DNA of 64,000 bases from an uncultured Armatimonadetes bacterium (lineage in GTDB: Bacteria > Armatimonadota > UBA5829 > DTJY01), in assembly GCA_963717145.1 (NCBI GenBank), contig OY970325.1, forward strand, positions 3,232,001-3,296,000, in the 5' to 3' direction. Positions 21,011 through 30,469 of the stretch are shown here, in pieces. The notes beneath the pieces are model-generated. The model saw nothing but the letters and a program-made list of their open reading frames with translations. It ran no database searches and was not told where the DNA came from. Made by a program: the position numbers and the translations under genes. Positions within the stretch are counted from its first letter, which is position 1, and every line of letters starts with the position of its first letter.

Positions 21011-22288
21011 TTACTCCCTGTTGAACATCAATATCTCGTCCGCGTACTTCGCCGCCTTGATGCAGCACTCCTTGGCGGTCTTCTTCCCGAGCACCGCGAG
21101 GGTGATCTCGTTCGCGATGAGGTAGTTCATCTCGACCGAGCATTCCACCTTCGGCAGCGGGTAACCGTACTCGATGGCGTCGATGAACACCTGCTTCTTC
21201 CGCGGCTTGTCCTTGAGATAGAGATATGCGCCCGACTCCGCGACCGACTTCCGGCTCGGGATGATCTGCTTCTTCTCGGCGAAGTGCTTCTGCATGCTCG
21301 GCGAGGTCATGAACTTCACGAGTTCCCACGCCTCTTTCTTATGCTTTCCGCCCTTGAGGATGCCCCAGCACGCACCGCCGATGAACGACGCGCGCTTCTT
21401 GCCCATCGGCAGAGGAGCGACATCGTAGTCGAAGGTGGTGATCTCTTTGTTGAATATCAGGCCGGCCGCCCAGCTTCCGCTGATGTACATGCCGATCTGG
21501 CCGTTCGTGAAGAGCTTCTGCGGGCCGATGTCGGCGGCATCCGCGGCGGTCGGGGCGACGTGGTGCTTAGTGCGAAGGTCGGACATCCACTGGAGCGCCT
21601 CGTAGGCGGCGGGCTCGTCGAGGGTACACCTCGTGTTGTCGGCGTTCAGGATACTTCCGCCGTTCTGCCATACGTAAGCCTGCCAGGTCTGATCGGGCAC
21701 GCATCCCCACTGCTCGAGCTTGTCATCCTTATCGAGGTTCTTCGAGAGCCTCTTCGCATTCGCGAGGAACGTCTCCCAGGTCCAGGTCTCATCCGGGTAG
21801 GGCACGCCGTACTTGTCGAACATCGTCTTGTTGTAGTACATGGCGTAGATGTCCACATCGCCCGGAATGGCGTAGATCTTGCCCTTGTACTTGCCCCAGC
21901 TCTCGACCGCCGGGGCGTAGAAATCGCTGATGTCGAACTCGGTGTCCTTCTCGATGTAGGGCTCGAGGTCTTCGAGGAGGCCCTTCGCGGCGCACGGAGT
22001 GAAGTAGGTCGAACTGACTCGGCTCACGTCCGGGCATCGCCCGCCTGCCGTCGAAACCAGCAGCTTGTCGAACATCCTCAGCCACGGCACCGACTCGATC
22101 TCGACGCGGATGTTGGGGTGAGTCTTGTAGAACTCCTTCAGCGCTTCTTTGTAGAAATCGAGGTCTTCCTGCTTGTCCCAGACGGTCATCCTCAGAACGA
22201 TGATGCCCGGCTCCGTCTTCGGCTTCGAACAGCCGATGAGGCTCACAACAACGGCAGATATCAGTATCAGTGCAGCTAGTTTTCTCAT
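21011..22288 (-). CDS. Sugar ABC substrate-binding lipoprotein (paralog 1)
   Basis: Lipobox LIGC; MYYNKTMFDK and EAWELVKF. Confidence 0.9.
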   Translation of the reverse strand: MRKLAALILISAVVVSLIGCSKPKTEPGIIVLRMTVWDKQEDLDFYKEALKEFYKTHPNIRVEIESVPWLRMFDKLLVSTAGGRCPDVSRVSSTYFTPCAAKGLLEDLEPYIEKDTEFDISDFYAPAVESWGKYKGKIYAIPGDVDIYAMYYNKTMFDKYGVPYPDETWTWETFLANAKRLSKNLDKDDKLEQWGCVPDQTWQAYVWQNGGSILNADNTRCTLDEPAAYEALQWMSDLRTKHHVAPTAADAADIGPQKLFTNGQIGMYISGSWAAGLIFNKEITTFDYDVAPLPMGKKRASFIGGACWGILKGGKHKKEAWELVKFMTSPSMQKHFAEKKQIIPSRKSVAESGAYLYLKDKPRKKQVFIDAIEYGYPLPKVECSVEMNYLIANEITLAVLGKKTAKECCIKAAKYADEILMFNRE

Positions 22289-22302
22289 GCTCTCACTCAG
22301 TT

Positions 22303-22367
22303 GTAGTGGCCGTGCCTCTGTGCCGGCCTGACCGCGTCGTAGGCCGGCACAGAGGCACGGCCACTAC
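22303..22367. repeat. REP doublet GTAGTGGCCGTGCC
   Basis: Same family as 3503-3569. Confidence 0.85.
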
Positions 22368-22414
22368 GGGACGCCCCGACACGTCTCCGGTAGCATTCAC
22401 CATCGGGTGCCGTC

Positions 22415-23707
22415 TTACCTCCCATACTGCATCACATCGTACCGCAACAGATCGTTCACCAACGGCGTCACTTTCCGGCATGCGGTCTGGGCGCTCTCCT
22501 TGCCAAGGATCGCCAGGGTGATCTCGTTCGAGATGATATCGTTCATCTCGCGCGAGCAGGGCACATTCGGCACCACGAATCCGTACTTGATCGCGTCGAT
22601 GAACACCTGCTTGTTCCGCGGCTTATCCTTCAGATAGAGATACGCCCCCGATTCCGCGACCGACCTTCGGCTCGGGATTATGTGCTGGGTCTTCGCATAG
22701 AAGCCCTGGAAGACCGGAGAGGTCATGAACTTGACCAGTTCCCATGCCTCTCGCTTGTGCTTCGAGCCCTTCAGCACGCTGAATGCCGCTCCGCCCATGA
22801 ATGCCGCTCGCCGCTTGCCCTTCGGGATCGGCGCGACATCGTAGTCGAATGTCTTGATCTCCTTGTGGAAGATCAGTGCTGCCGCCCAACTCCCGCTGAC
22901 CAGCATCCCGACCTGCCCGTTTGTGAAGAGCTTCTGCGGCCCGATGTCGGCCATGTCGCCGGGTGTCGGCGCGACCTTGTACTTACTGCGCAGGTCGGAC
23001 ATCCACTGAAGCGCCTCGTAGGCCTCGGGGCGATCGAGCACACATTTCGTGCCGCTCTTGTTCAGTATGTCGCCGCCGTTCTGCCAGATGTAGTCCTGCC
23101 ACCACATGTCCGGCACGCAGCCCCACTGCTCGAGCCTGCCGTCATCGTCCAGGTCCTTCGAGAGCTTTCGAGCGGCCTCCAGGAACTTGTCCCAGTCCCA
23201 GGTGTCGTCCGGGTATCGGATGCCATACTTGTCGAACATCGTCTTGTTGTAGTACATCGCGTAGATGTCCACGTCGCTGGGAAGGCCGTAGATCCTCCCC
23301 TTGTACTTCCCCCACCCCTCGAGCGACTCGGGGTAGAAGTCCTTGATGTCGAACTCAGGATCGTTCTCGACGTAGGGGTCGAGACACTCCAGGAGGCCCT
23401 TCGCGGCGCAGGGGGTAAAGTAGGTCGAGTCCACACGGCTGACGTCGGGCGTGCGGCCGCCCGCGGTGGAGATCAGCAGCTTGTCGAACATCCGGCTCCA
23501 GGGGATCAATTCGATCTCGACGCGGATTTTGGGGTGGTCCTTGTAGAACTCCTTGAGCGCGTTGTTGTAGAACGGCAGTTCGTCCTGCTTGCCCCACATG
23601 GTGAGCCTCAGGACGACGGTATCGGACTCAGGCTTCCTGCACCCCGAGGGAATCCCCGCCAGGACCGCCAGAAGCAGCACGATTGCGGCAACAGCCCTCC
23701 TTCCCAT
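22415..23707 (-). CDS. Sugar ABC substrate-binding lipoprotein (paralog 2)
   Basis: Signal peptide ending PSGC; same motifs as paralog 1. Confidence 0.9.
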   Translation of the reverse strand: MGRRAVAAIVLLLAVLAGIPSGCRKPESDTVVLRLTMWGKQDELPFYNNALKEFYKDHPKIRVEIELIPWSRMFDKLLISTAGGRTPDVSRVDSTYFTPCAAKGLLECLDPYVENDPEFDIKDFYPESLEGWGKYKGRIYGLPSDVDIYAMYYNKTMFDKYGIRYPDDTWDWDKFLEAARKLSKDLDDDGRLEQWGCVPDMWWQDYIWQNGGDILNKSGTKCVLDRPEAYEALQWMSDLRSKYKVAPTPGDMADIGPQKLFTNGQVGMLVSGSWAAALIFHKEIKTFDYDVAPIPKGKRRAAFMGGAAFSVLKGSKHKREAWELVKFMTSPVFQGFYAKTQHIIPSRRSVAESGAYLYLKDKPRNKQVFIDAIKYGFVVPNVPCSREMNDIISNEITLAILGKESAQTACRKVTPLVNDLLRYDVMQYGR

Positions 23708-23726
23708 ACCGTTCACCGTCCACCGT

Positions 23727-25025
23727 TCACTGGCTTCCCCGCCGCGCCGTGTCGCTGTACTGGAGCAGATCGTTGACCCGGCGCGCGGCCCTCTTGCAGG
23801 CATCCGCCACTGGCTCCTTGCCGTTCATCGCGTTGGCAAGCTCGTTGCCCATGATATCGTCCATCTCGCGACTGCAGGGGATCGCCGGGCGCGTATGGCC
23901 GTACTCGATCGCGTCGAGGAACACCTGGCGGTGCTTCGGCGGGCCGGGCAGGTCCAGGAACGCGTTGGATTGCGCGACGGATATGCGGCTCGGGACTACC
24001 TGTTCGGTGATCGCGCGCTCCCGGAGGGCCTCCTTGCTCGCCATGAACTTGATGAGTTCCCAGGCCTCATTCTTGTGCTTCGAGCCCCGCAGGATGGCGT
24101 AAGAAGCACCTCCGTAGTAGGCGGCTCTCCGCTTGCCCTTGGGCTGAGGAGCGACATCGTAGACGAAGGTCTTGATCTCCTTATCGAACCACAGCCGCAC
24201 GGCCCAGCTTCCGCCGAAGTACATGCCGATCTTGCCACTAGTGAAGAGACCCTTGGTGCTCGTATCCTGCAGGTCGGTCGCCGTCGGCGCCACACGATGC
24301 TTATCGCGCAGGTCGGACATGAACTGGATCGCTTCGATCGCTTCCGGCCGATCCAGCAGGCACACCCTCCGCTCCATGTCGATGATGTCGCCGCCATTCT
24401 GCCAGACATAGGTCTGCCACATGTTCAGCGTGGTGCCGAACTGGTCGATCCGCCCATCCCCATTGAAGTCTTTCGTGAGCTTCTTCGCCGCACTCACGTA
24501 GTCGTCCCAGTCCCAGGTCTCGTCCGGGTAGGGCACGTCGTACCGGTCGAACATCGTCTTGTTGTAGAACATCGCGTAGATGTCCACACCGGCGGGGATG
24601 GCATAGAGCGTGCCCTCGTACTTCCCCCAGCCGTTCACCGCCGCAGGGTAGAAGTCCTCGAGGTCGAACTCCCCATCTTTCGCCACGTAGGGTCCCAGGT
24701 CCTCGAGTAATCCCTTCGAAGCACATGGGACGAACCAGAGAGAGCTGACGATGCTGGCATCCGGGGCCTTGCCGCCCGCGGTGGAGATCAGGAGCTTGTC
24801 GAATGTCCGCTCGTTGACGGTAAACTCGAGGCGCACGCGGATACTCGGATGCTCAGCGTAGAACCCCTTGAGCTTCTCGTTCCACTTTCTCTCGTCGGCG
24901 GCGGTTCCCCACACGACCATTCGGAGGTATGTGACATCGCCCTTCGGTTTCTCCTGCCGGCAGCCGGACAGGATGGTGAGGAGTATCGAGATCAACACAA
25001 CCAATACAAGTTCGCGTTTTGTCAT
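23727..25025 (-). CDS. Sugar ABC substrate-binding lipoprotein (paralog 3)
   Basis: Lipobox LSGC; MFYNKTMFDR and EAWELIKF. Confidence 0.9.
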   Translation of the reverse strand: MTKRELVLVVLISILLTILSGCRQEKPKGDVTYLRMVVWGTAADERKWNEKLKGFYAEHPSIRVRLEFTVNERTFDKLLISTAGGKAPDASIVSSLWFVPCASKGLLEDLGPYVAKDGEFDLEDFYPAAVNGWGKYEGTLYAIPAGVDIYAMFYNKTMFDRYDVPYPDETWDWDDYVSAAKKLTKDFNGDGRIDQFGTTLNMWQTYVWQNGGDIIDMERRVCLLDRPEAIEAIQFMSDLRDKHRVAPTATDLQDTSTKGLFTSGKIGMYFGGSWAVRLWFDKEIKTFVYDVAPQPKGKRRAAYYGGASYAILRGSKHKNEAWELIKFMASKEALRERAITEQVVPSRISVAQSNAFLDLPGPPKHRQVFLDAIEYGHTRPAIPCSREMDDIMGNELANAMNGKEPVADACKRAARRVNDLLQYSDTARRGSQ

Positions 25026-25115
25026 CTTCGGACAGGCTTCCCACAGCGGATTTCTGCCGGTATGTTCACCGCCGACCTAAGGGAATACCTCTGTGGAGCC
25101 CGGAGAGCGTACATG

Positions 25116-25144
25116 TTGACTTCGGGGGTGTGCTTAGGTATACT
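25116..25144 (+). promoter_or_regulatory. Sigma70 promoter of the nucleotide-sugar operon
   Basis: TTGACT-17-TATACT. Confidence 0.7.
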
Positions 25145-25179
25145 TGGGCATCTTCCCAATATCCCATGTGGAGCCGATC

Positions 25180-25635
25180 ATGATCCATGGCGTGGAGATC
25201 AAACAACTGCAGAGACATGCCGACGAGCGGGGCTGCCTGACCGAGATCCTCCGCTGCGACGACGACATTTTCGTCGATTTCGGCCAGCTATATGCGTCGG
25301 TGAACTACCCCGAAGTCATCAGGGCATGGCACTATCACAAGAGGCAGGATGACTTCTTCGCGGTCGTGAAGGGCATGATCAAGGCCGTGCTGTACGATGC
25401 GCGCGAGGGCTCGCCGACCAAAGGCGAGGTGAACGAATTCTTCCTGGGCGAGCAGAACATGATCCTGCTCAAGGTGCCGATCGGCGTCTATCATGGCTAC
25501 AAGACGATCGGGGTGGAACCGGCGATCCTGCTCAACCTGCCAACTGAGCCATACGATCCGGCCCGTCCCGACGAGTATCGCCTGCCCCACGACTCGCCTG
25601 AAGTCCCGTATGACTGGGCGATCAAGATGAAGTGA
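25180..25635 (+). CDS. rfbC: dTDP-4-dehydrorhamnose 3,5-epimerase family cupin
   Basis: DERG, IRAWHYH, LYDAREGSPT and VPIGVYHGY motifs; next to rfbB. Confidence 0.8.
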   Translation: MIHGVEIKQLQRHADERGCLTEILRCDDDIFVDFGQLYASVNYPEVIRAWHYHKRQDDFFAVVKGMIKAVLYDAREGSPTKGEVNEFFLGEQNMILLKVPIGVYHGYKTIGVEPAILLNLPTEPYDPARPDEYRLPHDSPEVPYDWAIKMK

Positions 25636-25686
25636 TCTTGCCTCGAATTAGTGGGCACCGGATAATAAGAGATGAGGTGACCCAAG

Positions 25687-25968
25687 ATGAAGAGGCAGTA
25701 TTCAGAAAGCTTCAAGGCGGAGGCGGTGAAGTTGGCTTTTTCCGGCAGGGCGAGCAAAGCTCGGATCGCAAAGGAACTGGGAGTCAACATCAACAGCCTG
25801 GACGCCTGGATCAGGAAGTACAAGGAGAGCCTGGGAGAGATCGATCCCAGGAAGAGAGAGTCCCTTGAGGACGAAGTGAAGCGTCTCCGCAAGGAGAACG
25901 ATCTCCTCCGAGAGGAGAGAGACATATTAAAAAAAGCGGCGGCGTACTTTGCGAGGGAGCAGCAGTGA
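25687..25968 (+). CDS. IS3 transposase OrfA (HTH)
   Basis: YSESFKAEAV...IAKELGV...W; ERDILKKAAAYF. Confidence 0.93.
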   Translation: MKRQYSESFKAEAVKLAFSGRASKARIAKELGVNINSLDAWIRKYKESLGEIDPRKRESLEDEVKRLRKENDLLREERDILKKAAAYFAREQQ

Positions 25969-26834
25969 AGTACGCCTTCATCGCTGCTCAAGACGGTCGC
26001 TTCAGGATCGGGACGATCTGCGGGGTGCTCGGTGTGAGCCGGAGCGGCTACTACGCGTGGCAGGGGCGTCCCGAAAGCGATCGCGCCAGGAAGAACGAGA
26101 AGCTGCTCACACGGATCAGGGAGGTCCACGCCGAGAGCAGAGACACCTACGGTAGCCCGAGGGTTCACATACGGCTTCGGCAGGCGGGTGAGACCTGCAG
26201 CAGAGGCCGTGTGGCCAGGCTCATGACAGCAAACGGAATCCGCGCAAGACAGAAGCGGAAGTTCCGTGTTACGACTAACTCCAGGCACAACCAGCCTGTG
26301 GCGGCGAATCTGCTCAAGAGAAACTTCGAGGTAGCCAGACCGAACAGTGTCTGGGTAAGCGACATAACGTATGTGCATACCCGTGAGGGTTGGCTCTATC
26401 TTTCGGCGGTGATGGATCTTTACTCGCGCCAGATAGTGGGCTGGTCGATGAAAGAGACGCTTGGGAGTGTGCTCGCAAGTGAGGCGCTCAGGATGGCATA
26501 CAAGAACAGAAGACCGGTCGGTGAAGTCATCCATCATTCGGATCGAGGGTGTCAGTACGCGAGCGGCGAATTTCGTAGGCTTCTCGAAGCCTACGAAATT
26601 CGAGCCAGCATGAGCGGCGCCGGGGATTGCTATGACAACGCCCCGATGGAGAGCTTCTTTGCGACGCTTAAGGCCGAGCTGATACATCATCGAACATACT
26701 CCTCACGAGAGGAAGCGAGATCTGATATCTTCGAGTACATCGAAGTGTTCTACAATCGACAGCGACTCCACTCGAGCCTCGGCTATCGGAGTCCCGCCGA
26801 TTTCGAGGCGGCCGCTCTCGAACGAGCGGCCTAG
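25965..26834 (+). CDS. IS3 transposase OrfB (DDE integrase core)
   Basis: WVSDITY, HHSDRGCQY and DNAPMESFF catalytic DDE motifs. Confidence 0.95.
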   Translation: MKYAFIAAQDGRFRIGTICGVLGVSRSGYYAWQGRPESDRARKNEKLLTRIREVHAESRDTYGSPRVHIRLRQAGETCSRGRVARLMTANGIRARQKRKFRVTTNSRHNQPVAANLLKRNFEVARPNSVWVSDITYVHTREGWLYLSAVMDLYSRQIVGWSMKETLGSVLASEALRMAYKNRRPVGEVIHHSDRGCQYASGEFRRLLEAYEIRASMSGAGDCYDNAPMESFFATLKAELIHHRTYSSREEARSDIFEYIEVFYNRQRLHSSLGYRSPADFEAAALERAA

Positions 26835-26877
26835 GTGATCTGTCCACGAAAACGGGGCAGGATCAAAGTAATGGGCA

Positions 26878-26963
26878 GAGTATGGGTGTGTGGGAGTGTG
26901 GGGGTATGGGAGGCCGGATTCTGAGTACTCCCATACCCCCACACTCCCATACTCCCGCACTCT
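26878..26963. repeat. Inverted octamer tandem repeat (GAGTATGG-like)n / (CCATACTC-like)n
   Basis: gagtatgg gtgtgtgg gagtgtgg gggtatgg ... ccataccc ccacactc ccatactc. Confidence 0.85.
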
Positions 26964-27026
26964 CCAACGGAACTGCGGGCCCTGGCTGGGCGTATTCAGA
27001 AGTAGACTGCACTCCGGACAAGGACT

Positions 27027-28052
27027 ATGAAGAGCATTCTGGTCACGGGCGGCGCGGGCTTCATCGGAAGCAACTTCTGCCGCTACATGCTTGAGAAGTA
27101 CCCCGATTACAGCATCATCGTGCTCGATGCGCTCACCTACGCGGGGAACATGGACAACCTCGCCGACCTGATGGGTAATCCGCGGTTCACGTTCCATCAT
27201 GGCGACATCCGTGACCGCGAAGTCGTCGAAAGCCTGATGTGCGACGTCGACGCCGTCGTGAACTTCGCCGCCGAATCGCACGTGGACCGCTCGATCGCCG
27301 ATCCGGGCGACTTCGTGCTGACCGACGTGTTCGGCGTCTTCATCCTCCTCGAGGCGGCGAAGAAGCGCGGCCTCGCGCGCTTCCTTCACGTTTCCACGGA
27401 TGAGGTATACGGCTCGATCGAGGAGGGATCCTTCAAGGAGAGCGACGCGCTCACCCCGAACAGCCCGTACTCGGCGAGTAAGGCCGGCGGGGAGCTGTTC
27501 GCCCGATCCTATTTTGCGACCTACGGAATGCCGATCATTATTACCAGGGGATCGAACAACTTCGGCCCGTACCAATATCCCGAGAAGCTGATACCGCTCT
27601 TCATCACGAATGCGCTCGAGGACAAGCAGCTTCCGGTCTACGGGAACGGCATGCAGGTGCGCGACTGGATCTACGTGCTCGATCACTGCGAGGGGATCGA
27701 TGTCGCCCTCCACAAGGGTCAGTTGGGGGAAGCATATAACGTCGGCGGCAGTAACGAGCGGACGAATCTCCATATCACTAAGGCGATCCTCTCGATCTTG
27801 GGCAAGCCGGAGTCGCTGATCAAGTACGTTGAGGATCGTCCGGGACACGATCAGCGCTATTCGATCGACTGTAGCAAGCTGAACGCCCTGGGGTGGAAGC
27901 CCAGGCATGACTTCGATGAGGCGCTCGAGAAGACCGTGAAGTGGTACGTCGAGAATGGGGCCTGGTGGCGCAGGATCAAGGACCACCAGGCGGAATACCA
28001 GGCGTTCACGCGGGAATGGTATGGAAATAGAGGGAACATGGTTAATGGTTAA
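27027..28052 (+). CDS. rfbB: dTDP-glucose 4,6-dehydratase
   Basis: TGGAGFIG, AAESHVDRSI, STDEVYG, YSASK and DRPGHDQRY. Confidence 0.95.
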   Translation: MKSILVTGGAGFIGSNFCRYMLEKYPDYSIIVLDALTYAGNMDNLADLMGNPRFTFHHGDIRDREVVESLMCDVDAVVNFAAESHVDRSIADPGDFVLTDVFGVFILLEAAKKRGLARFLHVSTDEVYGSIEEGSFKESDALTPNSPYSASKAGGELFARSYFATYGMPIIITRGSNNFGPYQYPEKLIPLFITNALEDKQLPVYGNGMQVRDWIYVLDHCEGIDVALHKGQLGEAYNVGGSNERTNLHITKAILSILGKPESLIKYVEDRPGHDQRYSIDCSKLNALGWKPRHDFDEALEKTVKWYVENGAWWRRIKDHQAEYQAFTREWYGNRGNMVNG

Positions 28053-28112
28053 TGGCTAATGGTTAATGCGGGACTGGCCCCCATCAACCATAAACCATCA
28101 ACCATCAACCAT
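28038..28112. repeat. Inverted heptamer tandem repeat (ATGGTTA)n / (CCATCAA)n; contains the rfbB stop codon
   Basis: atggtta-like x4 ... ccatcaa-like x4; partial relative at 18812-18842. Confidence 0.85.
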
Positions 28113-28131
28113 GCCCCCGCATGGAGCATAT

Positions 28132-29115
28132 ATGATCATAACACAGACTCCCCTTCGAATCAGTTTCGCGGGCGGAGGCACTGATTTCGAGGGATTCTAC
28201 AAAGACGGCGGCGGATGCGTCGTTTCGACCGCGATCGACAAGTACATCTACGTCATCATCAAGGAACGCTTCGACGACAAGATCCGCGTCGGCTACTCGA
28301 AGACCGAGATGGTCGACTCGATAGACGAGATCGAGCACGAACTCGTCCGAGAGTGCCTGCGCAAGACGGGCATCACGAGCGGAGTCGAAATCTCCACGAT
28401 GGCCGATATCCCCTCCGAGGGATCGGGCCTCGGCTCGTCGAGCAGTGTAACCGTCGGGCTGCTCAATGCCATGTACGCCTACCAGGGCGACCCGAAGCCG
28501 GCCGAAGTGCTCGCCGCCGGAGCGTGCGAGGTCGAGATCGATGCCCTGGGCAAACCGATCGGCAAGCAGGACCAGTACATCGCTGCATACGGCAACATGC
28601 GCCTGATCGAGTTTCAGCCCACCGGCGATGTGGATGTTTCATACGTGAACATCGACCCGGATCGGAAGCGGCGGCTCAGCGAGAGCGTCATGCTCTTCTA
28701 CACGGGCGTCACTCGCAAGGCCGATGTCATTTTATCACAGCAGAAGAGGAACATCGACGACCGGCGCAAGACTCTCGAAGCGATGAGGGCGCAGGCATAT
28801 GACCTGCACAAGGGCCTCGTCGCCGGAGACATAGAGGCGATCGGACGCACGATGCACGAGGGCTGGCTCCTCAAGAAGCAGCTCGCGGACAGCATCAGCA
28901 ACGGCACGATCGATGAGATCTACGAAGCGGCCATCGAGGCCGGGGCGGTCGGCGGCAAGATCGCCGGCGCAGGCGGAGGCGGCTTCCTTCTGCTCTACTG
29001 CTGCCCTGAGCACCGGCAGTCGGTCCGGACCAGGCTGAGCGAGTTCGGCATGAAGGAACTGCCGTTCAACCTCGAGCGCGACGGCACAAAAGTGATTTTC
29101 AACGTGAGGAGATAA
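28132..29115 (+). CDS. hddA: GHMP kinase, D-glycero-D-manno-heptose-7-phosphate kinase-like
   Basis: [27 protein letters not shown] and GAGGGGF; adjacent to gmhA/gmhB. Confidence 0.8.
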   Translation: MIITQTPLRISFAGGGTDFEGFYKDGGGCVVSTAIDKYIYVIIKERFDDKIRVGYSKTEMVDSIDEIEHELVRECLRKTGITSGVEISTMADIPSEGSGLGSSSSVTVGLLNAMYAYQGDPKPAEVLAAGACEVEIDALGKPIGKQDQYIAAYGNMRLIEFQPTGDVDVSYVNIDPDRKRRLSESVMLFYTGVTRKADVILSQQKRNIDDRRKTLEAMRAQAYDLHKGLVAGDIEAIGRTMHEGWLLKKQLADSISNGTIDEIYEAAIEAGAVGGKIAGAGGGGFLLLYCCPEHRQSVRTRLSEFGMKELPFNLERDGTKVIFNVRR

Positions 29116-29201
29116 AAACACGACGTTGGGGATGGAGTTGGACTCCGTCCCCCTAAGCCTTGCGGGAATGGAGTCCAACTCCATCCCCAACGTCGTGTTT
29201 T
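29115..29201. repeat. REP-like doublet, GTTGGGGATGGAGTTGGACTCC family
   Basis: Arms AAAACACGACGTTGGGGATGGAGTTGGACTCC and its reverse complement. Confidence 0.85.
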
Positions 29202-29219
29202 GAACGTAAGGAGATAGCT

Positions 29220-29786
29220 ATGAAACAGATAGACGATTACCTGAACGCAGTCACCGGGCTGCTCGCGGACCTGCCGAGGGACGAGATCGCCAATGTGGTG
29301 GGCCTGGTACGAGATGCCTACGCCAGTAGCCGGCAGGTCTTCATCATGGGCAACGGTGGGAGCGCATCGACCTCATCCCACCTCGCATGTGACCTCCAGA
29401 AGGGGCTCGGCGGGCTCAGCGATAAGAAGTTCAAGGTCATGTCGCTGACCGATAACGTCGCTATCATGACCGCCTGGGCGAACGATACCGACTACTCGAA
29501 CATCTTCACCGAGCAACTCGCCACCTGGGTGCAGCCGGGCGACCTCGTGATCGGCATCAGTGGGAGTGGGAACTCCCCGAACGTCATCAACGGAATCGAG
29601 TTGGCGAACAAGATGGGCGCGGTCACCGTCGGAATCAGCGGGTTCCAGGGCGGGAAGCTCGCGCAGACCGCCAAGCACGGCATCGTCGTCCAGAGCGACA
29701 ACATGCAGCACATCGAGGACGTGCACATGGTCCTCGCCCACCTGATCTTCCGCGTGCTCATGGAGGAGCTTTGGGCCAGGCAGTAG
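29220..29786 (+). CDS. gmhA: Phosphoheptose isomerase (SIS domain)
   Basis: GNGGSAS..SH, TAWAND, SGSGNSPNV and IEDVH. Confidence 0.9.
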   Translation: MKQIDDYLNAVTGLLADLPRDEIANVVGLVRDAYASSRQVFIMGNGGSASTSSHLACDLQKGLGGLSDKKFKVMSLTDNVAIMTAWANDTDYSNIFTEQLATWVQPGDLVIGISGSGNSPNVINGIELANKMGAVTVGISGFQGGKLAQTAKHGIVVQSDNMQHIEDVHMVLAHLIFRVLMEELWARQ

Positions 29787-30352
29787 GAGGCGGCTCCGGT
29801 CGCCGCAGGGTAGTCTTCGTGGACAGAGACGGCGTGATCAACCGCAACCGAGCGGGCGATTACGTCCGGACCGTGGATCAGTTCGAGTTCCTCCCGGGCG
29901 CGCTCGAGGGGCTAGCACGGCTCAAGGAGGCGGGACTCACCGCGATAGTAGTCTCGAACCAGGCCGGAGTGGGCAGCGGATTGATGAGCATCGATGAACT
30001 CGAGCGGATCGACGACATGATGCTGGGGACGATCTCCGAACACGGCGGCGACATTTCCGCCATCTACTACTGCACTCACCGCAAGGACGAAGGTTGCGCC
30101 TGCCGTAAGCCTCAGACAGGTCTGTTCGCGAAAGCAGCCATGGACCTGGATATCGCGCTCGATCGCTCGTACTTCATTGGCGATGCCCAGGCCGATCTGG
30201 AAGCGGGAGTCAATGCCGGCTGCCGAACTGTGATTGTCCTCACAGGTCGGACATCTGCTTCCGAGATCGAAACCTGGGAGCGGAAACCGGATCATATTGC
30301 GGACGACCTTCCGTCAGCGGCGGAATGGATTCTTGCGGACTTTGGACTCTAG
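29771..30352 (+). CDS. gmhB: D-glycero-D-manno-heptose 1,7-bisphosphate phosphatase (HAD)
   Basis: FVDRDGVIN, VSNQAG, CTH...CACRKP and IGD. Confidence 0.92.
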   Translation: MGQAVGGGSGRRRVVFVDRDGVINRNRAGDYVRTVDQFEFLPGALEGLARLKEAGLTAIVVSNQAGVGSGLMSIDELERIDDMMLGTISEHGGDISAIYYCTHRKDEGCACRKPQTGLFAKAAMDLDIALDRSYFIGDAQADLEAGVNAGCRTVIVLTGRTSASEIETWERKPDHIADDLPSAAEWILADFGL

Positions 30353-30469
30353 ACCTTAGACTCTCGCGATGCTGATGGAATGCATTTCTTTCCATCAGCG
30401 GGCGGCGTATGCGCGGAGGCTCTGCTGCCGGAAGGAAAAGCAATCCGGCAGCATCGGTGATTCTCAACT

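Larger units (their letters stand above)
25633..26865 (+). mobile_element. IS3-family insertion sequence, complete, with 3-bp target duplication AAG
   Basis: IRL TGATCTTGCCTCGAATTAGTGGGCAC; IRR (reverse complement) TGATCCTGCCCCGTTTTCGTGGACAG; flanked by AAG on both sides; orfA/orfB with an A7G slippery site at 25929-25936. Confidence 0.95.

Noticed and set aside
21011-25025. Triplicated SBP as an assembly duplication or diversity-generating retroelement
   Set aside because: The copies diverge throughout with synonymous changes; no reverse transcriptase or adenine-specific variation.
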